DNA from: Dehalococcoidia bacterium
Lineage (GTDB): Bacteria > Chloroflexota > Dehalococcoidia > Lucifugimonadales > UBA3495
Direction: 5' to 3'
Length of the DNA: 64,000 nt
NCBI GenBank assembly: GCA_965204865.1
Contig: OZ242027.1
Span: 3,011,986 to 3,075,985 of the forward strand
Position numbers and translations under genes: made by a program. The notes under the pieces are model-generated. The model was not told where the DNA came from and did not search any database. It saw only the letters and a program-made list of their open reading frames with translations. Shown here piece after piece: positions 28,919 to 36,858 of this stretch. Numbering within the stretch: position 1 is the stretch's first letter; each line of letters starts with the position of its first letter.

Positions 28919-30463
28919 CTACCCGCCCTTGATGATGTCCGACATCCGCTCGGCAATCATTATGGTGGTGCAGTTGGTGTTGGCGCGGATGCAGTCGGGC
29001 ATTACCGAGGCGTCAATGACACGCAGGTTTTCCAAGCCCTTGACCCGGCACTGTTGGTCAACGACGGCCATGGGGTCGCTGTCCGGCCCCATCTTGCAGG
29101 TGCCGGAGATGTGCTGCGAAGTGGTGACGTTGCGCATCAGCCAGTTGTCCAGCGCCTCGTCCGACTCCAGGTCGGAAGGCAGTGGCTCGAGCAGCCCCTT
29201 CACGATGTCGGCGTAGTCGGGGTGGTCGAGGAAGCCCACGCAGAGCCGCACGGCCTCGCGCATCCGGGCTAGGTCGCGGGGGTCGTCGGCGAAGTAGTTG
29301 TAGTTCAGCTCCGGCTGCACGTTGGGATCAGTAGACGTGATGGTCAGGTGGCCCTTGCCGTAGGCCAGCTCCAGGATGCAGGTGAAGCGGATGCCCTCGG
29401 CCTCCAGCGGGTCGCCGGAGATGGGCGACGAGAAGGACGACGCCATAATCTGGATGTCGTTGCGCAACTCGGAGCCAGTGGCGGTGTAGCGCAGCGCCAC
29501 CTGGGTGCGCGGGTCCTGCGGGTTCAGAGGGAAGTCCTCCTTAACCTCGATGGGCACGCGGATGTTGGGATGGTCGCGCAGGTTCTGGCCGATGCCGGGG
29601 GTGTCCTGCACCACCGGGATGCCGAACTTTTCCAGCGTGGCCGCCGGGCCGACCCCGGACAGCATCAGTATTTGCGGCGAGGCGATGGCCCCGGAGCAGA
29701 GGATGATTTCCTCGCCCTCGACGGTGAACCGCTCGCCGCCGCTCTCCACCTCGGCCCCAATGGCCTTTTTGCCGTCGAACAGCACGCGGTGAACGGTGAC
29801 GTTGGCCTTGACCGTCAGGTTCAGGCGGTGGCGGGCGGCGCCAAGGAAGGTCAGGGAGGTGCTCATCCGCACGCCGTTGGGGTTGTTCATCGGGATGGGG
29901 CCGACTCCGCCCGATTCAGGGTGATTCATGTCCGGGTCATCGGGGAATCCTGCGGTGCGGGCGGCGTTGTAGAACGCCTGCTGCGCCGGCAGCCAAGTCT
30001 CCCGCGCGAAGCGGCGCACCGGGATGAAGCCGTCGGAGTTATGAAAGTCGTCGGCCCCGAAGTCCATGTCGCTTTCCAGCTTGCGCAGGTAGGGCAGGAC
30101 GCTGGTGAAGCCCCACTGGTCGTTGCCCAGGGCGGCCCAGGCGTCGTAATCCTCGGGCACGCCGCGCAACAGCACCTGGCCGTTGATGGCGCTGGAGCCA
30201 CCCACCACCCGGCCCCGCGGCACCGGCATCGGCTCGGTCTGCAACGGCGTGGTGTTGCCCTGGAAGGACCAGTTGTGTGGCGCGTCAATGGCCGATGCGG
30301 TCTGGTCATAGCCAAACTTCAGGTCGTCGGGGTAGGTCTCGAAGTCCGGGTAGTCCGGCCCGGCCTCCAGCAGCAGGACGGACTTGGAGGGATCTTCCGA
30401 CAACCGGCTGGCCATAGTGCAGCCGGCGGAGCCTGCGCCGAGGATGATGTAGTCGTATTTCAT
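28919..30463 (-). CDS. GMC family oxidoreductase, copy 1
   Basis: YDYIILGAGSAGCTMASRLSEDP...PRGRVVGGSSAINGQVLLRG...MPDCIRANTNCTTIMIAERMSD. Confidence 0.9.
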   Translation of the reverse strand: MKYDYIILGAGSAGCTMASRLSEDPSKSVLLLEAGPDYPDFETYPDDLKFGYDQTASAIDAPHNWSFQGNTTPLQTEPMPVPRGRVVGGSSAINGQVLLRGVPEDYDAWAALGNDQWGFTSVLPYLRKLESDMDFGADDFHNSDGFIPVRRFARETWLPAQQAFYNAARTAGFPDDPDMNHPESGGVGPIPMNNPNGVRMSTSLTFLGAARHRLNLTVKANVTVHRVLFDGKKAIGAEVESGGERFTVEGEEIILCSGAIASPQILMLSGVGPAATLEKFGIPVVQDTPGIGQNLRDHPNIRVPIEVKEDFPLNPQDPRTQVALRYTATGSELRNDIQIMASSFSSPISGDPLEAEGIRFTCILELAYGKGHLTITSTDPNVQPELNYNYFADDPRDLARMREAVRLCVGFLDHPDYADIVKGLLEPLPSDLESDEALDNWLMRNVTTSQHISGTCKMGPDSDPMAVVDQQCRVKGLENLRVIDASVMPDCIRANTNCTTIMIAERMSDIIKGG

Positions 30464-30525
30464 GCTTGTCTCCTTTTGTTAATGCTCCCTCTCCCTTTGG
30501 GAGAGGGTTGGGGTGAGGGCGTCCC

Positions 30526-31236
30526 CTAACCCTTCAGGTGAGCGTTGAAGAACTCTATCGTCCGGGGCCAGGACGCTTCCGACGCTTCCTGCTGGTGGCG
30601 CAGCCCGGTGTAGTCCATGAAGGCGTGATCGGCCCCCGGATAGGTGTGGAATTCATGCGCCACACCCAATCGGCCTAGCTCGGCGTCCAGCTTGTCCCGG
30701 TCCTCGAGGGACGGGTTCTCGTCTATTTCGCCAAAGTGGAACAGCACCGGGCACTGGATGCCGGAGGCCAGCTCGAAGGGCGTCTGCTCCCCGGCGCCCC
30801 AGGTGACGAAGATGTTGCCACCGTAGTAGGGGGCGCAGGCGCGGATGTGGCGGTTGGTGGCCGCGCCCAGCCAGGCGACCCGCCCGCCCATGCAGAAGCC
30901 AGTGATGCCGATGCGCTCGCCCTGAATGGCCGGATGGGCCCGCAGCCAGTCCACCGTGGCCCCGATGTCCGCCACTATATCCGGGTCGCTCATGTGCTGG
31001 ATGCGGCCGGTGCGATTGTCCAGTTGCTCCTCGGTGAAACGGTGGAACAGGTTGGGCGCGACGGCGGCAAACCCGGCCTCGGCCAGCTTGTCGGCCATGT
31101 CGCGGATGAACTGGTCCACGCCGCCGCCGTGCTGGCTGACGATGACCGCCGGGAACGGGCCGCCCCCGCTGGGCACGCTGGCGTAGACGTGCATATCGAG
31201 TCCGCCCACGGGTATTGTTTCCCAGAATGAAGCCAT
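30526..31236 (-). CDS. Dienelactone hydrolase family protein
   Basis: GERIGITGFCMGGRVAWLGAA nucleophile-Cys motif; HTYPGADHAFMD. Confidence 0.88.
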   Translation of the reverse strand: MASFWETIPVGGLDMHVYASVPSGGGPFPAVIVSQHGGGVDQFIRDMADKLAEAGFAAVAPNLFHRFTEEQLDNRTGRIQHMSDPDIVADIGATVDWLRAHPAIQGERIGITGFCMGGRVAWLGAATNRHIRACAPYYGGNIFVTWGAGEQTPFELASGIQCPVLFHFGEIDENPSLEDRDKLDAELGRLGVAHEFHTYPGADHAFMDYTGLRHQQEASEASWPRTIEFFNAHLKG

Positions 31237-31435
31237 CTCTTCCCTCCGTCAGATGGTATAGCTAATCTGGCGCATTATCTCCCAGCTACGAGATTACGCT
31301 GTCTGTGATGATGTGCTATCCGCGCATTTGCGACAGATTATAGCCCAGCAGAGCGTTGTCAACAAAACGCAGCATCTGCCGTTTCACGCTCTCACGTGGT
31401 AGGATACCGCCAACACTCGAATGGAGGTAAGCGGT

Positions 31436-32203
31436 ATGGCCATGGACGTTCAGGTCTATACCCAGCCTGGTTGATTCAGTTGCCGGACTCTGGAAGAGTT
31501 CCTAAAGTCCAACGGCGTTCCTTACGAACATCACGACCTGCTCAGCGAACCCGCCGCGGTGGAGCATCTGCGCAGCCGGGGCATCAAGTCGCTGCCAGTC
31601 ACCATCATTGATGACACCGAGATCATCATCGGCTATTACCCCAAGAAGCTGATACCGGCTCTGAAGCTGGACGTGTCCGTTGACCTGTCGGGCAAGACCG
31701 CGTGGCTGGCCGAGAAGTACGACGCCATAATGAGCGCGGCGGTACGGGCCAACAACCAGTTCAGCCAGGAACAACTCGACGCCATCGTGCCGTGGCGGCC
31801 TTGGAGTCTGCGTGACACGGTGGTTCACATCCTGGCCTTCCCGGAGATCGCCTACCTGTCCCACGAGGTGGGCAGCATGAGCTGGGACGATATGCAAGCC
31901 CAGGACAAGCGGCTGGAGGGCGTCACCACCGCGCCGCAGATTGCCGAGTACGGCCTACAGGTTCGGGACGACATCATCGCCTTCCTGGACAGCGGCAACA
32001 CCGAGGGCTTCGAGCGCGTGGTGCCGGCCCACTACGGCGGCGAGGTCACGGTGCTAGAACTGCTCAACATCGTGCTGAGCCACAGCACCCACCACCTCAA
32101 GCAGGTCTACCACTACATGACCACTGACCTGGGCATGACCCCGGACAACCCGGCCACCGACGCCGACCTGGAAGGCATCCAGACGCCGGACGCGCTGATT
32201 TAG
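31436..32203 (+). CDS. Glutaredoxin-like domain fused to DinB-like domain, candidate selenoprotein with in-frame TGA (31472-31474) read as Sec
   Basis: ATG 31436 after ggagg; MAMDVQVYTQPG-U-FSCRTLEEFLKSNGVPYEHHDLLSEPAAVEHLRSRGIKSLPVTIIDDTEIIIGYYPKKL...; C-terminal half has HSTHHLKQVYHYM typical of DinB-like proteins. Track calls only 31559..32203. Confidence 0.8.
31485..31502 (+). promoter_or_regulatory. Candidate bacterial SECIS hairpin
   Basis: GGACUCU-GGA-AGAGU(U)CC: 7 bp with one bulge, apical loop GGA at +18..+20 after UGA. Confidence 0.6.
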
Positions 32204-32254
32204 GCTTAACCGCAGAGAACGCAGAGGGCAAGGAGCATTTGGGGAGGTAAAGCG

Positions 32255-32452
32255 ATGGCAAAAGTCGGCAAGGAGGTTCTGGTAGCGGTTCAGGACGCTT
32301 TGGAACAGTACGAGCAAGAGGTTCAAGATGCCGAGGAATCCGGCTTTTTAACGGAGCAGACCAAGAAAACTTACCTGCTCCACGCCAAGCACTTCGTCCG
32401 CTGGCTCGACGACGACTTCGAACCCGGCGGACGGGGAAAAAACAACAGATAA
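32255..32452 (+). CDS. Small hypothetical protein
   Basis: 65-aa ORF MAKVGKEVLVAVQDALEQYEQEVQDAEESGFLTEQTKKTYLLHAKHFVRWLDDDFEPGG, ggaggt upstream. Confidence 0.5.
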   Translation: MAKVGKEVLVAVQDALEQYEQEVQDAEESGFLTEQTKKTYLLHAKHFVRWLDDDFEPGGRGKNNR

Positions 32453-32510
32453 TAATCTCCGTGTTCTCTGTGCGCTCTGTGTTGAATCCGTCTCCTGTAA
32501 GGAGGGAAAT

Positions 32511-34058
32511 ATGAAGTATGACTACATCGTGATTGGCGCCGGTTCCGCCGGCTCAATCATCGCCACGCGGCTGACCGAGGACCCCAATGTCTCGGTGCTG
32601 CTGCTGGAGGCTGGGCCGGACTACCCCGACTTCGAGCGGCTGCCCGAAGAGGTCAAGTTCGGCTACTCCACCGAAATAGACATCATGGTCAGCGACCATA
32701 ACTGGCAGTTCATCGGCAAGGCGACGGAGAGCGCCCCGCCGATGATGGTGCCGCGCGGCAAGGTCACCGGCGGCTCCAGCGCCATCAACGGCCAAGTGTT
32801 CCTGCGCGGCGTGCCCGAGGACTACGATTCCTGGGCGGAGATGGGCAACGACGAGTGGAAGTACACCGACTGCCTGCCCTACTTCCGTAAGCTGGAGACC
32901 GACAGCGACTTCTCCGACGACTTCCACGGCACCGACGGCCCCATCGTGTGCCACCGATTCAAGCCGGAGACTTGGCACCCGGCGCAGACGGCCTTCTACC
33001 AAGCCTGCCGCGAGGCCGGGTTCCCGGACAGCCCAGACCACAACAACCCGGAATCTACCGGCGTCGGCCCCACGCCCTTCAACAACCCCGGCGGCGTACG
33101 CATGAGCACCGCCCTGGGCTATCTGGATCAGACGCGCCATCGTCTCAACCTAACCATCCGAGCCAATTGCCACGTGCAGAAGATTCTGTTCGAGGGCAAC
33201 CGGGCCGTCGGCGCGTGGGTAGAGAGCGGGGGCGAGGTCTTTACCGTCGAGGGCAACGAGATAATCCTCAGCTCCGGCGCCATCGGCTCGCCGCATATCC
33301 TCCTGCTGTCGGGCGTCGGCCCGGCGGCGCACCTGCAAGAGCATGGCATCCCGGTGGTGGCCGACCTGCCCGGCGTGGGCCAGAATATGCGCGATCATCC
33401 CTTGGTCTGGGTGACCTGGCGCACCAGGCCGGAGGTGCCGCTGGACGGCCTGGCTCCCCGGATGCAGGTGACGCTGCGCTACACCGCCGACGGCTCGCCC
33501 CTGCGCAACGACATGAAGATGTCCATGCAGTCCTTCGCCACCGAGCGCATCAATCGGGGCGGCGACCGGATGGAGCCGGTGGGCATCCGCCTGACCAGCG
33601 GCATCCAGCTCGCGGCGGGCGCGGGCGAACTGCGGCTCAACTCTGCCGACCCTTCGCAGCAGCCATTCCTCGACTACCGCTACTTGGAAGACCCCTTCGA
33701 CCTGGAGCGGCTGCGGGAGACGGTGCGCCTCTGCGTCAAGCTGGGCGAGAGCGACGCCTTCAAGGACATCATCCAGGAGCGCATCGAACCCACCGACGAC
33801 GAACTGGCGACGGACGAGGCCTTGGACGAGTACCTGTTCCGCGAGGTGACCACCTCGCAGCACATATCCTGCACCGCCAAGATGGGATCGGCCGACGACC
33901 CCATGGCCGTGGTCAGCCAGTACGGCAAGGTGCACGGGCTGGAGGGCCTGCGGGTGGCCGACGCCTCCATAATGCCCGACTGCATCCGCGCCAACACCAA
34001 CGTGACCACGATGATGATCGGCGAGCGGGTGGCGGAGTTCATCAAGGCGGGGAAGTAG
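32511..34058 (+). CDS. GMC family oxidoreductase, copy 2
   Basis: YDYIVIGAGSAGSIIATRLTEDP...PRGKVTGGSSAINGQVFLRG; closely resembles 28919..30463. Confidence 0.9.
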   Translation: MKYDYIVIGAGSAGSIIATRLTEDPNVSVLLLEAGPDYPDFERLPEEVKFGYSTEIDIMVSDHNWQFIGKATESAPPMMVPRGKVTGGSSAINGQVFLRGVPEDYDSWAEMGNDEWKYTDCLPYFRKLETDSDFSDDFHGTDGPIVCHRFKPETWHPAQTAFYQACREAGFPDSPDHNNPESTGVGPTPFNNPGGVRMSTALGYLDQTRHRLNLTIRANCHVQKILFEGNRAVGAWVESGGEVFTVEGNEIILSSGAIGSPHILLLSGVGPAAHLQEHGIPVVADLPGVGQNMRDHPLVWVTWRTRPEVPLDGLAPRMQVTLRYTADGSPLRNDMKMSMQSFATERINRGGDRMEPVGIRLTSGIQLAAGAGELRLNSADPSQQPFLDYRYLEDPFDLERLRETVRLCVKLGESDAFKDIIQERIEPTDDELATDEALDEYLFREVTTSQHISCTAKMGSADDPMAVVSQYGKVHGLEGLRVADASIMPDCIRANTNVTTMMIGERVAEFIKAGK

Positions 34059-34327
34059 GGGGAGGGCTATTGTCTCCCCCATTTTCATAGGTAAACACAC
34101 CGGAAAGGGAGTCGGCAATGTCTCTATTTCTGATTTCGGCTATGGGGTTTCTGTATCACAGGCTGTTGAGGAGGCGTACTTCCCCTCCGCCTTCGTACTG
34201 CCGCCACTACCTGACCCATCAGCCGGTAAAGATGGTGGACTAACAGGTTTCCCAAGAGGCACTGCCAAGCACACTAAGGCCGCGGACCTTTCGCCCCGTG
34301 GCCTTACGTTTTCTGCCTGATCCGCTG

Positions 34328-34879
34328 TCAGGTTCGTGGCGTCATCAGCCAGTCCTGGCTCTTGGCATCCTCGCTCATCCACTGGGAGTAGGATTCCTGG
34401 CGGCCCGCAGGCGGCTCCACGCCGAGGCTGTCGGCGAGGCGGGTCATGAAGTTGAAGTTGCAGGTTATCAGTACGGTGGACAGTATCTGCTCATCGCTGA
34501 GTCCGTGGTTTCGCAGCCGCTGCACGTCGGACTGGGTCATGGCGGCGGGCGTGCGCGTCAGCTTGGCGGCGAAGTCCAACATCGCGCGGGTCTGAGGGTC
34601 GAGTTCGGCTTGGGTGTAGTCGTGCATCATATGGCTGGCCAGTTCCGGGTTGTCCGAATGGTCACGGAGGAACCCCCCGTGAGCCATGGTTCAATAGCGG
34701 CAGTGGTTGGTGGCCGAAACCACAGTGGCAATGGCTTCCTCCTGCACCCTGGTCAGGGCGGATGCGCCGAAGGTGACCGCCATGTTCAGCCGCTGCACAG
34801 CCTCCATCGCCTGGGGCTGAATCGACATTATCTTGATGACTTCCGGCAGATTGACTTCTTCTTCACGAATCCAGGCCAT
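34328..34879 (-). CDS. Peroxidase-related carboxymuconolactone decarboxylase-family protein, candidate selenoprotein with in-frame TGA (34691-34693) read as Sec
   Basis: Track ORFs 34691..34879 and 34328..34687 share one frame with only TGA between; joined product ...RVQEEAIATVVSATNHCRY-U-TMAHGGFLRDH...; aggag upstream of ATG 34879. Confidence 0.82.
34658..34687 (-). promoter_or_regulatory. Candidate bacterial SECIS hairpin
   Basis: AUGG(C)UCACGGGGG-style stem: AUGG-c-UCACGGGGG/GUU loop region/CCUCCGUGACCAU, 13 bp with one bulged C, apical loop GUU at +18..+20 after UGA. Confidence 0.65.
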
Positions 34880-34954
34880 TGAATTACTCCTGAATTAGAC
34901 CGCGCCATTCCAATTACGCGGCTATACTTCTTCACTACTCCGCCAGACGAAGGT

Positions 34955-35830
34955 CTACGCCCGCCCGAACCAGTCGGGGTGCACCGCCTGCAACCCCAGT
35001 TGCGGCCACGCTGCCGGGGCGCTGCACTTCTCCAGCCGTTCATCGAGGGGCAGCGAGTCGTCCCAGTAGTAAGCGATGATGCGGCGGCCGTTCCAGTGGC
35101 TGGCGTCGTCTGAGGCTATCCAGACCGCCGGCGACTGCATCGCCTCGGGCTGGATTAGCGCATCAGTGGACGCGCCTTCGGGCGGTATCACCATGTTGGT
35201 GGCGGTGGCCCCGCCGGGGGTAAGCACGTTGGCGGTGACGCCGGTGCCTTCAAGGTCCTGGGCCATGATGGCCACCAGCGCTTCGTGCCCCGCCTTGGAC
35301 GGGCCGTAGGGCGCGCCGCCCTTGCGCCACATGGTGTCCATGCTGGTGGTCACGCCGATGATGCGCCCGAATCCCTGCTCGATCATGTGAGGCGCGACGG
35401 CGTGGGACATCAGGAACGGGCCGCTGAGGTTGACGCTGATAACTCGCAGCCAGGCATCGGCGGGCAAGGTCCAGAAGTCGTTCTGGCTTCCGGCGGCCCG
35501 CGCTCCGAACCCTCCGGTGCGGGCGTTAATGCCGGCGTTGTTGACCAGTATATGCAGCCCGCCCATTTCGTTGATGGTGCGCTGCACTGCGCTCTCCACC
35601 GACTCCGGGTCGGTGACGTCGGCTACAATGGGCAGTACTGCGTCATCGCCGCCTATCTCGCGCATATCGTTGGCGGACTGGTCCAGCCAGTCCTCATTGA
35701 CGTCCAGCATCGCCACTCTTGCCCCGGCACGCACCAGACCGGTAGTGATGGAGCGGCCCATGCCGATGGGGCTGGCTGCCCCGGTGACGATGGCGATTCT
35801 GCCTTCCAGCGTGTTGGATTGGGTGGTCAT
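34955..35830 (-). CDS. SDR family oxidoreductase
   Basis: GRIAIVTGAASPIGMGRSITTGLVRAGARVAMLDVNE; LVNNAGINAR. Catalytic Tyr appears in GAPYGPSKAG. Confidence 0.85.
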   Translation of the reverse strand: MTTQSNTLEGRIAIVTGAASPIGMGRSITTGLVRAGARVAMLDVNEDWLDQSANDMREIGGDDAVLPIVADVTDPESVESAVQRTINEMGGLHILVNNAGINARTGGFGARAAGSQNDFWTLPADAWLRVISVNLSGPFLMSHAVAPHMIEQGFGRIIGVTTSMDTMWRKGGAPYGPSKAGHEALVAIMAQDLEGTGVTANVLTPGGATATNMVIPPEGASTDALIQPEAMQSPAVWIASDDASHWNGRRIIAYYWDDSLPLDERLEKCSAPAAWPQLGLQAVHPDWFGRA

Positions 35831-35867
35831 TTCATTCCTCGACTAGAAAATGGTCACGGGGCCTCGA

Positions 35868-36797
35868 CTAGAAAATAGCCAGGGGGTTCACGGGGGAGCC
35901 GGTAGCGTTCTTGAAGCGTAGCGGGGCGACGTTGAACATGAACTCGTATCGGCCCAGCCTTTCGCAGACTGCCGCCAGCTCCTCGCAGTTGCCGGCGTCA
36001 ATGAGCCACAAGCCCATGCCGACGATGCCGACCTTGTGGACGGGCAGGCCGATGCCGGGGTAGCCGCTGGGTTCGGCGTCCTGGGAGGCGTCGCCGCCCA
36101 CCAAGGCCACGCCGCGCTCCTTGAGCCACGGCAGCGTCTCGGCATGCAGGCCCGGGCGTCCGGCGGCGGGCGGGCCCAGCTCCAGGCGCCGCTTGTACCA
36201 GCCGAGGCGCAGTATCAGCGCGTCGCCTTCCTCGACCCGCACTCCCTGGGCCTCCTCGGCAGCTTCCAGATCGTCGGTGAACACGAACTCGCCCGCCTCG
36301 AGCCACGGCTTACCCTTGACCTTGGTGATGTCCAGCATGACACCCCGGGTAACCACGCCGTTCTGTACCTTGTCTATGTCGAGGCTGTTGGCCTTGGTCT
36401 CAGAGTTGACGTCCGACGCAGGGAAGCCATTGTACATCCTGCCGTTCCAAACTTGGTGGCAAAGGCTGTCCAGGTGGGTGATGGTCAACCCGTGGAAGGA
36501 GAAGCCGATGAAGTCGGACGTGCCGCCAGGCCCTTCGTCGGGGCAACTGTCGCCGGCCCGCAGCATATAATGCAGCGGCGGGATGGAGGTGACGTCGGCG
36601 GCGCCTTCCGGCACGATTAGCCGGGAGCAGGTGACGCTGATGCCCTCTCTGACCAGGGCGGCGGCCTGGGCCCGCTTGGCGTCGGTAATCAGGTTGACGG
36701 TGCCCAATTGGTCGTCGTCACCCCACCGCCCCCAGTTGCTTAGGGTATCCATCCACTCGAGGACCTGTTCCTCGGAAGGAATCTGTCTCGTGGTCAT
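35868..36797 (-). CDS. Cyclase family protein (kynurenine formamidase-like)
   Basis: GFSFHGLTITHLDSLCHQVWNGRMYNG; RGVMLDITKVKGKPWLEAG. Confidence 0.82.
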   Translation of the reverse strand: MTTRQIPSEEQVLEWMDTLSNWGRWGDDDQLGTVNLITDAKRAQAAALVREGISVTCSRLIVPEGAADVTSIPPLHYMLRAGDSCPDEGPGGTSDFIGFSFHGLTITHLDSLCHQVWNGRMYNGFPASDVNSETKANSLDIDKVQNGVVTRGVMLDITKVKGKPWLEAGEFVFTDDLEAAEEAQGVRVEEGDALILRLGWYKRRLELGPPAAGRPGLHAETLPWLKERGVALVGGDASQDAEPSGYPGIGLPVHKVGIVGMGLWLIDAGNCEELAAVCERLGRYEFMFNVAPLRFKNATGSPVNPLAIF

Positions 36798-36858
36798 GCC
36801 GAGCCTCCTGTACCGTTTGGCGTAGGGTAAGTCTCAATTGGCTCATGGTCAATTCCGG

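Noticed and set aside
31396-31611. ORF MVGYRQHSNGGKRYGHGRSGLYPAWLIQLPDSG...
   Set aside because: Different frame from the glutaredoxin reading; no motif resemblance, spurious overlap.
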